This document shows, one piece after another, positions 9,524-19,376 of a stretch of DNA of 64,000 nucleotides. The notes beneath the pieces were generated by a model that ran no database searches, was not told the origin of the DNA, and saw only the letters and a list, made by a program, of their open reading frames with translations. The stretch spans positions 64,001 through 128,000 of the forward strand of contig JAWLBL010000013.1 of assembly GCA_041687695.1 (NCBI GenBank). The letters run 5' to 3'. The stretch comes from Myxococcota bacterium (lineage in GTDB: Bacteria > Myxococcota_A > UBA9042 > PHBI01 > JAWLBL01). The number at the start of each line of letters is the position of its first letter. The first letter of the stretch is position 1. The position numbers were made by a program, and so were the translations under genes.

Positions 9524-10369
9524 CTACCAGCTGGCGCCGAGGCGGGTCCTGACGTCCCACAGGGCCGGGAAGAAGCGCTTGCCCAGCGTTGTGCGCAGGT
9601 AGGCGGCGCCGGGGCTGCCGCCCGTGCCGATCTTGGCCCCGATGACGCGCTCGACCATCTGGACGTGGCGGAAGCGCCAGGTCTGGAAGAGCTCGTCGTA
9701 CTCGATGAGGTACTCGCAGGTCAGGTAGAGGTCGTAGTGCCGCGCGGTGTCGCTGTAGATGCCGTGCAGGGCGTCGACGACCCGGGCGGCGTCGGGCGAG
9801 TCGGGCTCGGGGGCGGCGTCGGGGACGTCGAAGCCGCGGCGGGCGAGGGCGCCGAGGAAGGCGTCGTAGACGGAGCGGCCGGCCAGGCGCCGCTCGAGGC
9901 GCTCGCGGGCGGGCTGCACCTCGCGGTGGAGCTTGAGGTAGCGCGGGTCCTTGATGCCGCTCAGGGCCTCGAGCTCGCGGAACTGGGCGCTCTGGAAGCC
10001 GCTGGCCGGGTTGAGCAGGCTGCGGAAGGCGTTGAAGTCCTGCGGGGTCATGGTCTCGAGGACCAGGATCTGCTCGACGAGGACGCGCTGGATGGCCGTG
10101 ACCCGGTGGAAGATCTTGTGGGTCGCGAGGATGGCGTCCTGGTCGAAGGCGGCCACCGCGCCGTCGAGCTCGTGCAGGAGCTGCTTGAACCAGAGCTCGT
10201 GGACCTGGTGGATGAGGATGAAGAGCAGCTCGTCGTGGTGCTCGGGGCGCGACAGCGGCGTCTGGAGCGCGAGGAGCTCCTCGACGCGCAGGTATGAGCC
10301 GTAGGTCACGCCCTCGCGCGGCGGGTCGGGCGGGAAGCTGGGGGACGCGGGGTCGAAGGGCTCGGTCAT
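9524..10369 (-). CDS. kynA: Tryptophan 2,3-dioxygenase
   Basis: YGSYL, HHDELLFILIHQVHELWFK, PASGFQSAQFRELE, VERVIGAKIGTGGS motifs. Confidence 0.95.
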   Translation of the reverse strand: MTEPFDPASPSFPPDPPREGVTYGSYLRVEELLALQTPLSRPEHHDELLFILIHQVHELWFKQLLHELDGAVAAFDQDAILATHKIFHRVTAIQRVLVEQILVLETMTPQDFNAFRSLLNPASGFQSAQFRELEALSGIKDPRYLKLHREVQPARERLERRLAGRSVYDAFLGALARRGFDVPDAAPEPDSPDAARVVDALHGIYSDTARHYDLYLTCEYLIEYDELFQTWRFRHVQMVERVIGAKIGTGGSPGAAYLRTTLGKRFFPALWDVRTRLGASW

Positions 10370-10414
10370 GCGGTCACCGGGCGCGCGGTCCCCGACGCGG
10401 CAGGGGCGGGCGCG

Positions 10415-11386
10415 CTATGCGAAGCGGGCGTCGGACATCGCGAGGCGCTCGGCCTCCTTGATGATGTGGTCGGCCACGGTCGTGATGGCCTCGGCGCCGA
10501 ACTCGTCGGCGAAGAGGTAGGGGATCTCGACGGCGGGCATCTTCACGCGAAGGCGCAGCTCGTCGAGGTAGAACTCCTGCAGGGCGCGGCGCTCGGCCAT
10601 CGACGAGGCGCAGTCGAGGGCGCCGTGCACGAGGGCGGCGTTGCGCGGGGTCTCGTCGCGCAGCGTGGCGAGCAGCTCGCGCTCGCGGTCGTTGGCGATG
10701 GACGGCCACACCCGGTTGACGAAGAGGTACCCCTTGGGGATGCCCAGGACCGTGTCGATCTGGTGCTGGAGATCGAGGGTCTCTCGGACGGGCATCTCCT
10801 CGGGCAGGGTCACGATGTTCATGACGGTGCGGCGTGGGTCCGTCAGCAGATCCTGCATCAGCCGCGTCTCGTCGGCCATCGGCCCCGACGTGATGACCTC
10901 GAGGATGACCTGCGGCAGGCGCAGGAGGCTCACGCCGTGGCCGGTGGCCGGCGCGTCCACGATGATCATGTCCCAGACGGGCCGCCCGGCGCGGTCGCGC
11001 TCGCGCTCGAGGTTGAAGGCCTTGCCGAGCAGCAGCAGCTCGTTCATGCCGGGGATCATGCGCAGCAGGCGCTTCATCGCCTCGTTCTCGAAGATCATCT
11101 CGAAGATCTTCTCGAACCTCAGCTTCATCAGGCCGTACTCGCGCAGGGCGGGCTCGGGGCTGATGTTGATGCTGTACAGGTTCTTCGCGATGAGCTGGGG
11201 CGTGTAGCCGCCGGGCGCCTTGCCGAAGAACAGGGGCGCCTTCTCGCGCGTGTTGAGCTCGGCGATGATGGTGCGCTTGCCCCGCCGCGCGGCGGCGAGG
11301 CCCAGAGCGGCGCAGAGCGTGCTCTTTCCGACGCCGCCCTTGCCCGCGACGATCACGAAGCGTTTCTGAAAGAAGCTGGCTTCCAT
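10415..11386 (-). CDS. ArsA/Get3-family ATPase (BagA/Rv3679-like type)
   Basis: Deviant Walker A GKGGVGKST, PGMNEL, IVDAPATGH, VTLPEEMPVRET; start ATG 11386 fits the promoter just upstream. Confidence 0.85.
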   Translation of the reverse strand: MEASFFQKRFVIVAGKGGVGKSTLCAALGLAAARRGKRTIIAELNTREKAPLFFGKAPGGYTPQLIAKNLYSINISPEPALREYGLMKLRFEKIFEMIFENEAMKRLLRMIPGMNELLLLGKAFNLERERDRAGRPVWDMIIVDAPATGHGVSLLRLPQVILEVITSGPMADETRLMQDLLTDPRRTVMNIVTLPEEMPVRETLDLQHQIDTVLGIPKGYLFVNRVWPSIANDRERELLATLRDETPRNAALVHGALDCASSMAERRALQEFYLDELRLRVKMPAVEIPYLFADEFGAEAITTVADHIIKEAERLAMSDARFA

Positions 11387-11396
11387 GGGCGAGCGC

Positions 11397-11425
11397 ACCA
11401 TAGAGGCAAGCGCCCGCGACGGCAA
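11397..11425 (-). promoter_or_regulatory. Candidate sigma70 promoter for the ArsA-kynA unit
   Basis: TTGCCG-17 bp-TATGGT on the minus strand. Confidence 0.5.
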
Positions 11426-11595
11426 CGACTACCGCGCGGGCCGCCGGCGTCGGTCATCCGGCGGCTTCGGGCCCAGCGGCCGGCGCCCGAGGGGTGACCC
11501 GTGGGTTGAAATGCCCGCGCGCGTGGGCTACTGAGCCCCCGCCCCGTCTCAGCGGTCCGACCGAGCGACGGGGCCCCAGCCGTAGAGGTCGCCGC

Positions 11596-13050
11596 ATGTA
11601 TCGTCCCCTCGTCGTCGCGCTCGCGCTCGCCGCCCTGTCCGCCAGCGGCTGCAACAAGCCCCGCAAGGTCGTGCTGACCAAGCAGCAGAGCGAGCAGATC
11701 CAGCAGTCCATCCTGAGCGAGGCGCCCACCCCGCAGAAGCCCATCGGGGCCGTGTTCGACGGCGGCATCGAGCTCATCGGCGTCGATCTGTCGGCCGCCA
11801 CGGTCAAGGCGGGCGAGAGCTTCGACGTGACCTGGTACTGGAAGGCCGGCCAGACCTCGGCCGACGCCGGGTGGAAGCTCTTCGTGCACTTCGAGGCGCC
11901 GGGCAAGCGGCGCACGACCCACGACCACCACGCCATCGGAGAGCTGCACCCCATCGCGCGCTGGGAGCCGGGGCAGATCATCAAGGACGTGCAGCGCATC
12001 AGCGTCCCCAAGGACTTCCCGAACGGCGAGGCCAAGCTGTACGTCGGCGTCTTCGACGAGAAGGCCTACCGCGAGCGGCAGCAGAACGTCCGCATGACGG
12101 TCACCAACGCCGACCCGAGCAAGGTGGTCCTCGACGGCGACGGGCGCCTGCTGGGCGGCGTCATCACCGTCGAAGGCTCGACCGCGCCGGCCGCGGGCAA
12201 GAAGGCCGAGGCCGCGCGCCGCCACGCCGCCCCCAAGGCCACCGGGCCCATCACCATCGACGGCAAGCTCGACGAGGAGTCCTGGCGCCGCGCCCGACCG
12301 ACGCAGCCCTTCGTGCAGCCGCACGGGCAGCGCCTCGAGCCGCGCTACCTGACCCAGGCCCGCATGACCTGGGACGACCAGCACCTGTACGTCGCCTTCG
12401 TGAGCCGCGACGACGACATCTGGAACGACCAGACCGGCCGCGACGCGACCCTGTGGAAGCAGGACGTGGTCGAGATCTACCTCGACCCGGGCGAGGACGG
12501 CCGCGACTACGTCGAGCTGCAGGTCTCGCCCACCGGCGAGATCTTCGACGCCCACTTCTCGACCCGCCGCCAGCCCGACTGGCCCGAGGCCGCGCGCCGC
12601 CTGACGCTGAGCGGCATGAAGGTCGCCATCGACGCGCAGGGCTCGGTCAACAGCCGCGACGGCGACGCCGACAAGATGTGGACGGCCGAGATCGCCATCC
12701 CCTGGGCCGAGCTGCCCGGCGTGGAGGGCGCGCCGGCCGTCGGCGCCACCTGGGGCGTGAACTTCTACCGCATCGACGTCGCCTCGCCGTCGCGCGGCGG
12801 CTTCATGGGCGCCTGGGCGCCCGCGGGCGGCGACTTCCACAACACGGCGGCCTTCGGCAAGGTCTCGTTCGTCGAGAACACGCCGCGCGCCGCCATCCGC
12901 GGGCGCGTGTCGCAGGACGGCCCGAAGGGGGACGACGAGCCCGAGGGTGAGGCGCCCGCCGAGCCGAAGTCGGGGACCGTCGCGCCGGGCGAGGGCCAGG
13001 GCGAGGAGAAGGCTCCGGCCGGCGAAGCCCCGTCGGCGCCGACGCCCTGA
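11596..13050 (+). CDS. Lipoprotein with N-terminal beta-sandwich and C-terminal carbohydrate-binding family 9-like (DOMON-like) domain
   Basis: Lipobox SASGC; ITIDGKLDEESW...WDDQHLYVAF...DVVEIYLDP...WTAEIAIPW...WGVNFYR CBM9-like pattern. Confidence 0.8.
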   Translation: MYRPLVVALALAALSASGCNKPRKVVLTKQQSEQIQQSILSEAPTPQKPIGAVFDGGIELIGVDLSAATVKAGESFDVTWYWKAGQTSADAGWKLFVHFEAPGKRRTTHDHHAIGELHPIARWEPGQIIKDVQRISVPKDFPNGEAKLYVGVFDEKAYRERQQNVRMTVTNADPSKVVLDGDGRLLGGVITVEGSTAPAAGKKAEAARRHAAPKATGPITIDGKLDEESWRRARPTQPFVQPHGQRLEPRYLTQARMTWDDQHLYVAFVSRDDDIWNDQTGRDATLWKQDVVEIYLDPGEDGRDYVELQVSPTGEIFDAHFSTRRQPDWPEAARRLTLSGMKVAIDAQGSVNSRDGDADKMWTAEIAIPWAELPGVEGAPAVGATWGVNFYRIDVASPSRGGFMGAWAPAGGDFHNTAAFGKVSFVENTPRAAIRGRVSQDGPKGDDEPEGEAPAEPKSGTVAPGEGQGEEKAPAGEAPSAPTP

Positions 13051-13053
13051 CGC

Positions 13054-13860
13054 GTGGCCGCCTCCGAGCACAGAGCCCCCGATCTGGCGCGCCTCGAGCG
13101 CATCATGGCGCGCCTGCGGGGCGAGGGCGGCTGCCCGTGGGACCGCGAGCAGACGCTCGCGTCGCTGCAGCGCTATCTGGTCGAGGAGGCCTACGAGGTC
13201 CTCGACGTGATGGCGGGCGAGGACCCGGCCGAGCACCGCGAGGAGCTGGGCGATCTGCTGTTCCAGATCGTGTTCCAGTCGCAGATCCGCCGCGAGCAGG
13301 GCGCCTTCGTCCTGGCTGACGTGGTCGACGACATCAGCGACAAGCTCGAGCGGCGCCACCCGCACGTCTTCGGTGACGAGTCGGCGGCCGACGCCGGCGC
13401 GGTCGCGGCCCGCTGGGAAGAGCTCAAGAAGGCCGAGGGCAAGGGCACCTTCGACGGCATCCCGCGGGCGCTGCCGGCGCTGATGCGGGCCGAGAAGGTC
13501 GGCAAGAAGGCCTCGCGCCTGGGCTTCGACTGGCCGGACGTCGAGGGGCCGCTCGCCAAGCTGGACGAGGAGCTGGCCGAGCTGCGGCAGGCCATCGCCA
13601 GCGGAGACGCCACGGCCGCCGCCGCCGAGCTGGGCGATCTGCTGTTCAGCGTGGTCAACGTCGCCCGGCACCTGAAGGCCGACCCCGAGGCCGCGCTCGA
13701 TCGCACCACCGAGCGGTTCCTCGCGCGCTTCCGCTACATCGAGCGGCGCCTCGCCGAGACCGGCCGCCGCCCCGAGGACACGAGCCTCGACGCGCTCGAC
13801 GCCCTGTGGAACGAAGCGAAGGCCGCGCTCGCCGGCGGGACGGCGCCCGAGGGCGCCTGA
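13054..13860 (+). CDS. mazG: Nucleoside triphosphate pyrophosphohydrolase MazG
   Basis: GCPWDREQT, EEAYEV, EELGDLLFQIVF, RRHPHVFG and second domain ELGDLLFSVVN. Confidence 0.96.
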   Translation: MAASEHRAPDLARLERIMARLRGEGGCPWDREQTLASLQRYLVEEAYEVLDVMAGEDPAEHREELGDLLFQIVFQSQIRREQGAFVLADVVDDISDKLERRHPHVFGDESAADAGAVAARWEELKKAEGKGTFDGIPRALPALMRAEKVGKKASRLGFDWPDVEGPLAKLDEELAELRQAIASGDATAAAAELGDLLFSVVNVARHLKADPEAALDRTTERFLARFRYIERRLAETGRRPEDTSLDALDALWNEAKAALAGGTAPEGA

Positions 13861-13909
13861 CTCCGCTGCGGGCGCCCGCCCTCTGTACGACGCCGTCCGA
13901 GGTCCGTCC

Positions 13910-15511
13910 GTGACGACCGAACCGACGCCCCAGGCCGACGGGCACGCCGCCCGACGCCGATCGCTGCTCCGGTCCGCCGGCGTGATGACGGTCATGACCC
14001 TCGTCAGCCGCGTGCTGGGCCTGGTCCGCGAGCAGGTGCGCGCGCTCTACCTCGGGACCGGGGCCGCCTCGGACGCCTTCGGGCTGGCCAGCACCATCCC
14101 GAACCTGTTCCGGCAGCTGGTCGCCGAAGGCGCGATGACCGCCGCCTTCCTGCCGGTCTTCACCGAGTACCTGAAGAAGGCGGGCGCCCGCGAGACGCGC
14201 GAGTTCCTGTCGCGCTTTCTGACCCTGCTGACCCTGGCGGTGACGGGGCTCACCGTCCTGGGCATCGTCCTGACGCCCTGGATCATCGAGACCTTCTTCG
14301 CGGGCCTGGGTGAGGTCGAGCTGACCATCACCCTGACCCAGCTGATGTGGCCCTACCTGCTGTTCGTCACGCTGGCGGCCGCCTTCCAGGCCATCCTCAA
14401 CGCCCACAAGATCTTCGGCCCCTCGGCCTTCACCCCGGTGCTGCTGAACCTGTGCATCATCGGCTTCGGCGTCGCGCTGGCGCACCAGTTCGACAACGCC
14501 GCCTACGGCCTGGTCATCGGCTTCGTCGTGGGCGGCGTCGTCCAGATGGCCTTTCAGATCCCGTACATCTCGCGCCACACCGCGGTGCGCGTCCGCCCCG
14601 ACTTCCACTTCCGCGACCCGGGCGTCCGCCGCGTCCTCGTCACCATGGCGCCGGGGGTCTTCGCGGCGGGCATCTACCAGATCAACGTCTTCGTCAGCCA
14701 GCTCATCGCCTCGACCCTGCGCGACGGCGCCATCGCCGCCCTCCAGTACAGCATCCGCTTGCAGGAGCTGGTCCTCGGCCTGTTCGTCGTCTCGGTCGCG
14801 CAGGTCATCCTGCCCACCCTGTCCGAGCAGACCGCCACCGACGACCGCGAGGGCGTCAAGGACACGCTCGAGTACGCGACCGGGCTGATGGCCTTCGTGA
14901 CCCTGCCCGCGACCCTGGGCCTCATCCTGGTCGGCCCCGAGATCGTCCGGCTGCTCTTCCAGTTCGGCGCCTTCGACGCGCGCTCGACCGAGCGGACCAG
15001 CTTCGCCCTGTACTTCCACGCGGCCGGCCTGCTGGCCATCGCGCTCACCCGCGTCTACCAGCAGGCCTTCTACGCCCACAAGGATCTCAAGACCCCGACG
15101 CTGGTCGCCGCCATCGTGATGGTGACCAACATCGTCCTGTGCCTCGTCCTGGCCGTCCCGCTCGAGCACGGCGGCATCGCGCTGGCCGGCAGCCTGGCCG
15201 CGACCCTCAACGGTGCGCTCCTCTTGTGGTTCCTGCGCCGCCGCCTGGGGCGCCTGCACGGCCGCGCCATCGTCCGCCGTGTGGCGCGGCTGGGCGTGGC
15301 GACCGCCGTGATGACCGTGGCCGTGCTGGGCTGGGAGGCCCTGTGGCCGGCCGACGGCATCGACAGCCGGCCGCTGCTGGCGCTGTGGGTGCTGGGCGTG
15401 TGCGGCTGGGCCGCCGTGGTCTACCTGGTGGCCTGCCGCGCCCTGAAGGTCGACGAGCTGCAGGGCGTGTTCAAGGCCCTGGCGCGTCGCTTCAGGCGCA
15501 AGAAGAAGTAG
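13910..15511 (+). CDS. murJ: Lipid II flippase MurJ (MviN)
   Basis: SRVLGLVRE, IPNLFRQLVAEGAM, many TM segments, FYAHKDLKTP. Confidence 0.95.
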   Translation: MTTEPTPQADGHAARRRSLLRSAGVMTVMTLVSRVLGLVREQVRALYLGTGAASDAFGLASTIPNLFRQLVAEGAMTAAFLPVFTEYLKKAGARETREFLSRFLTLLTLAVTGLTVLGIVLTPWIIETFFAGLGEVELTITLTQLMWPYLLFVTLAAAFQAILNAHKIFGPSAFTPVLLNLCIIGFGVALAHQFDNAAYGLVIGFVVGGVVQMAFQIPYISRHTAVRVRPDFHFRDPGVRRVLVTMAPGVFAAGIYQINVFVSQLIASTLRDGAIAALQYSIRLQELVLGLFVVSVAQVILPTLSEQTATDDREGVKDTLEYATGLMAFVTLPATLGLILVGPEIVRLLFQFGAFDARSTERTSFALYFHAAGLLAIALTRVYQQAFYAHKDLKTPTLVAAIVMVTNIVLCLVLAVPLEHGGIALAGSLAATLNGALLLWFLRRRLGRLHGRAIVRRVARLGVATAVMTVAVLGWEALWPADGIDSRPLLALWVLGVCGWAAVVYLVACRALKVDELQGVFKALARRFRRKKK

Positions 15512-15523
15512 GTCCCGGTCCGA

Positions 15524-17005
15524 TCAGAAGTGCACGCCGAGGCTGGCGCTGATGGTCTGGTAGAAGGTCTCGTACTTGCCGGCGTTGACCACGATGCCCT
15601 GGTACTCGCCCTGGGTGGCCTCGTCCCAGCCCGCCGGCGCGGGGATCTCGCTGAGGGGGCGCTCCATGCGCACCTGCGCCTGGTCGACGGAGACCTCGCG
15701 GTCGGGCTGGAAGACCGCCTGGTAGGCCACGGACAGGTCGACCGGGCCGAGCTGGAGGGTGGCGCCCAGCGCGCCGCCGAGGCGCTCGAAGTTGGTGAAG
15801 TCCAGGTTGGTGTAGCGGGCCGGGACGGCCGCCGTCTCGAAGAAGGCGCCGCCGCGCAGGGTCAGGAAGTTCTGCAAGACGTTCCAGTCGCCGCCCAGGC
15901 GCACCGCGACCGTGTCGTTGTACCGCTTGGGCAGCTTGACCGGGGCGACGTCCTGCAGCGGGTTCGTCTCGGGGTTGCCGAGCTTGAGCTTGCCGCCGAA
16001 GACCACCTCGTAGTTCTCGAGCACGCTCCAGCGCTCGTAGACGACGTCCAGCTCGATGTCGAAGACCTCGTCGCCCCCCGGCGACAGGTGGATGTAGCGC
16101 GCGCCGCCCCGAATCCACGGCGCCAGCTTGAGGTTCAAGGTCACGCTCTCGTCGCGCGTGACGCCGTCGTCCTCGAACAGCCCGAACACCCCGTTGTCGT
16201 AAAGGCTCTGCACGCCCTTGGCCGGGAAGTTCAGCGTCACCTTCCCGTCGGGGTTGAGGTCGACCGGGAACGGCCGCGTCGAGATGCCCGCCTCGAAGCG
16301 CGGCGACGGCCGGAAGTGCACCCCGAAGATGGCCGCGAACGCGGCGTAGTCCGACAGGTCCAGGCTGGACTGGGCGAGGTAGGGAGACGTCTCCTTCTGG
16401 TCGTTCTGGCTGCTCGGCGCGGCGTCCACCGTCAGCCCGAAGCGCGCCGTCGGCATCATCACGTACTGCACCGACGCGCCGACGCTCAGCACCTTGCTGA
16501 TGCTGAAGGCGCCCGAGGCCGTGACGTAGCCCAGCAGCACGTCTTCGTCGGTCAGCATGAACCGCTGGGGGCCGTCCGCCGGGAACTTGCGCTTGCCGTA
16601 GGCGCCCGGTCCATAGACGCCGAAGCCGACGCCCCAGCGCTCGGCCCCGAAGCCCCAGGCCAACGCGGGCGCCGGGAACCAGCCCTCTTCGTTCTCGACC
16701 GTCGCGCTGTCGTAGATCCCGCTCGGGTTGTCCGGCGAGGCGATGAGATCGTCGATGCCCGTCCGCGTGTAGCGCAGGTCGAGCTTGTTCAGGTTCATGC
16801 TCAGCAGCAGCTGGTGGCCGCCGAAGGTGACCAGGCCCGCCGGGTTGTAGTGGATGGCCATCGGGTCGTCGGCCCGGGCGACGAAGGCGCCGGCGCGTCC
16901 GAGCGCGCGGCTGCCGTTCTCGTTGTACTCGAAGCCGCCGGCGAGGGCGGGGGCCGAGGTGGCGAGGACGGCGAGGCTGGTCGAGGCGATGACGCGGCGC
17001 AGCAT
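15524..17005 (-). CDS. FadL/OmpP1-like outer-membrane transporter
   Basis: Signal peptide then GGFEY...ALGRAGAFVARADDPMAIHYNPAGL (FadL hatch motif), C-terminal Phe. Confidence 0.82.
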   Translation of the reverse strand: MLRRVIASTSLAVLATSAPALAGGFEYNENGSRALGRAGAFVARADDPMAIHYNPAGLVTFGGHQLLLSMNLNKLDLRYTRTGIDDLIASPDNPSGIYDSATVENEEGWFPAPALAWGFGAERWGVGFGVYGPGAYGKRKFPADGPQRFMLTDEDVLLGYVTASGAFSISKVLSVGASVQYVMMPTARFGLTVDAAPSSQNDQKETSPYLAQSSLDLSDYAAFAAIFGVHFRPSPRFEAGISTRPFPVDLNPDGKVTLNFPAKGVQSLYDNGVFGLFEDDGVTRDESVTLNLKLAPWIRGGARYIHLSPGGDEVFDIELDVVYERWSVLENYEVVFGGKLKLGNPETNPLQDVAPVKLPKRYNDTVAVRLGGDWNVLQNFLTLRGGAFFETAAVPARYTNLDFTNFERLGGALGATLQLGPVDLSVAYQAVFQPDREVSVDQAQVRMERPLSEIPAPAGWDEATQGEYQGIVVNAGKYETFYQTISASLGVHF

Positions 17006-17121
17006 GAGACCCCCAGGGACGACGATGGCCCGGGAGTCATACCAGAGCGGCGCCGGCCCGCGAAAGGGCCCCCGGGGCGACGCTGCAAACTTCGGGCACC
17101 CGCAGCAGGGCGGCAGCGCGT

Positions 17122-18414
17122 TCAGGGCGTCGGCGCGGGCGCCTGGCGCGGCGTGTCGGTGGACTGCCGCGGGATGGGGCGCTCGGCCTGCGGCGGGCGG
17201 CGGCGCGGCGGGGCGAAGCGGATCGGGGGCGCCGTGGGGCGGTCTTGCGGCGGAGGCTCGAGGCGCGCCGAGGCGGGATCGTCCTGGGGCTCGGCCGCGG
17301 ACGGGGGAGCGGTCGCCGGGTGCGGGGCCTCGAGCGCCGGGCGGGTGCTGCGCAGGAGCGGGATCGCCGCCAACGCGGCGAGGGCCAGCGCGGCCAGGAT
17401 CAGGAGGGCCTTCGAGCGCGGGCGCCGGTCGGGGCGGCGCTCGCGCATGAGGTCGAGCTGCAGGGCGGCCCGGCGCAGGGCCTCCTGGCGACGGATCTCG
17501 GCCGGGGAGCCGGGCGGGCCGGGCGCGTCCTCGGGGGGCAGGTCGCGGAAGGTGCGCGACCAGGCGACGGGCGGGCCGGGGGTGCGCGTCTCGGGCAGGC
17601 CGATGGCGCCGAAGGGCTCGAGGGCGCGCTCGAGCTCGTCGGGGCGGGGGCGGTCGGCGGGGGCGGGTGAGAGGCTGGCCGTCAGGGTGCGCGCGAGCTG
17701 CAGGTCGGCCAGGGCCTCGACGGCGGGGAAGGGCTCGTGCTGCCCGTCGCGGACGCGGGCGTAGACGGCCAGGGTGCGGCCGCCGGCGCCGAAGGCCGGG
17801 TGGCCGGTCAGCCAGCGGAAGGTGAGGGCGGCGACCTGGAACACGTCCGTCGCCGGGCTGAGCGGTCGCTTGTGGAAGATCTCGGGCGGGACGAGCCCGG
17901 GGTTGGGGTACAGCTCGACGAAGCCAGGGACGGGCGGTGACAGGCGCTGGTCGGGCTGGCCGTCGGCCATGAGGGCGGCGCCGACGTCGTAGAGGACGGG
18001 GGCGCCGCCGTGGGTGAGGAGGATGCGCGAGGGCGTCAGGGCGCCATGGAACAGGCCGTCACGGTGCAGGGGCCGGAGCGCGCGCAGGACGCGATGGCCC
18101 AGGCCGAGCGCCTCATCGGGCGCGAGCATGCGGTTGATGCGGTCGGCCGGCCAGCCCTCGACGTCGGCGACCGCCAGGATCAGCTCGTCGCGGTCTTCAT
18201 GCCTCAGCAGGCGCGGCAGCCCGGGGTGCAGGGGGCCGCCGAGCGCCGTGACCAGCCGGGCGAAGGACGGGCGCAGGAGCGCGCGCGCCGCCTCGGGCGA
18301 GGTCGGCAGGAACCGGTAGACCAGCGCGCCGTCGGCGTCGCGGAAGAGCTGGTGGCCCGCGCTGCGGTCCAGCCAGGCGCGGACGTCATGGGACCCGAGC
18401 AGCACGGTGGGCAA
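17122..18414 (-). CDS. Membrane-anchored Ser/Thr kinase-fold protein, predicted inactive (pseudokinase)
   Basis: HPGLPRL, LHRDGLFHGALTPSRILL, LYDVG, PPEIF, TDVFQVAAL, LTGHPAF, PADRP map to Hanks subdomains; one TM helix then a Pro-rich tail; start uncertain (TTG 18414). Confidence 0.72.
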   Translation of the reverse strand: MPTVLLGSHDVRAWLDRSAGHQLFRDADGALVYRFLPTSPEAARALLRPSFARLVTALGGPLHPGLPRLLRHEDRDELILAVADVEGWPADRINRMLAPDEALGLGHRVLRALRPLHRDGLFHGALTPSRILLTHGGAPVLYDVGAALMADGQPDQRLSPPVPGFVELYPNPGLVPPEIFHKRPLSPATDVFQVAALTFRWLTGHPAFGAGGRTLAVYARVRDGQHEPFPAVEALADLQLARTLTASLSPAPADRPRPDELERALEPFGAIGLPETRTPGPPVAWSRTFRDLPPEDAPGPPGSPAEIRRQEALRRAALQLDLMRERRPDRRPRSKALLILAALALAALAAIPLLRSTRPALEAPHPATAPPSAAEPQDDPASARLEPPPQDRPTAPPIRFAPPRRRPPQAERPIPRQSTDTPRQAPAPTP

Positions 18415-18449
18415 CCCTTGGCATCAGGTGGGGCCGGGCCCCAACGCAG

Positions 18450-18854
18450 TCACTGCGTGGACCGCCCTTCCTTGGTCTCCCAGAAGGCCTCGAGCTTCTC
18501 GGTGTCGATGCGCCACTGCCCGTCCTGCTGGACCATCAGGATCTTCTTCTTCTTGCCGCGCGTTCGCACCAGCAGGATGGCCTCGTCGCCCGCTTCGTTC
18601 GTCGTCACGTCCTCGACGGCGTCGAACACCAGCAGTTCGAACGGGTTCGCCTCGCGCAGGCCGTAGGCCTCGGAGAGCGAGATGAGCGCCTCGACCTGGG
18701 CCCGCGAGGTGTCGGTGAAGCCCTCGAGGAAGCCCTCGCGGTCACCGAGCATCGCGGCCGTGGTCATGTCCAGGTAGACCTCCTTGGGGCCACGGCTGCA
18801 CGCCGCGACGGCCAGGAGCGTCAGGGCCAACGCCGCCACACGCGTCCGCCTCAC
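18450..18854 (-). CDS. Small lipoprotein, NTF2/DUF4878-like (paralogue 3)
   Basis: GTG 18854 overlaps upstream stop; lipobox VAAC; ends QWRID. Confidence 0.75.
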   Translation of the reverse strand: MRRTRVAALALTLLAVAACSRGPKEVYLDMTTAAMLGDREGFLEGFTDTSRAQVEALISLSEAYGLREANPFELLVFDAVEDVTTNEAGDEAILLVRTRGKKKKILMVQQDGQWRIDTEKLEAFWETKEGRSTQ

Positions 18855-19294
18855 AGGACCTCCCGATGGTGCAGCGGCGCCCAGAAGCCGTCGAGCGCCA
18901 GCGCGTCGATGACCCAGTGGCCCTTGTCCTTGAGCATGCGGATGGTCGCCTTGCGGTTCTTGTCCGCGACGTCGACGAGCGCGAGGTTGCCTCGGATGGT
19001 CACCTCGGTGATCTCGCCCGGAGGCAGCACCTCGAAGACGCTCTTGACGTAGCCGAGGCGACCGCGCGAGCGCTCCGCCGCGTCGTGCGCTCCGCGCAGC
19101 ACCTCGGCCGACGCGGGCGTGAAGAACAGGAGGAAGGCGTCGAGATCCTTGGCCTCGGCGGCGACGCGGGCCTCGGCGAGGCGCGCGTCGGGGGCTTCGG
19201 CGCAGGCCGTCGCGCCCGACAAGGCCATCAGCGCCAGCAGGCAGAGCGTCTGGCGCCACCGCGGAAGAAGAGGGCGTGGAGTTGCTCGCATCAT
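18851..19294 (-). CDS. Small lipoprotein, NTF2/DUF4878-like (paralogue 2)
   Basis: ATG 19294; signal LCLLALMALSGATAC; ends HWVID. Confidence 0.75.
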   Translation of the reverse strand: MMRATPRPLLPRWRQTLCLLALMALSGATACAEAPDARLAEARVAAEAKDLDAFLLFFTPASAEVLRGAHDAAERSRGRLGYVKSVFEVLPPGEITEVTIRGNLALVDVADKNRKATIRMLKDKGHWVIDALALDGFWAPLHHREVL

Positions 19295-19376
19295 GGGCCG
19301 ACAACCTAGCAGACTCGCGGAGGTTTGTCGCGTGGTGACGCGACCGTCGGACCGCGCTCGCGCGACCCTCGAGCGG

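Noticed and set aside
13054..13860. mazG as an anti-phage or toxin-antitoxin component
   Set aside because: Ordinary tandem-domain housekeeping MazG beside murJ, with no mazEF or defence genes
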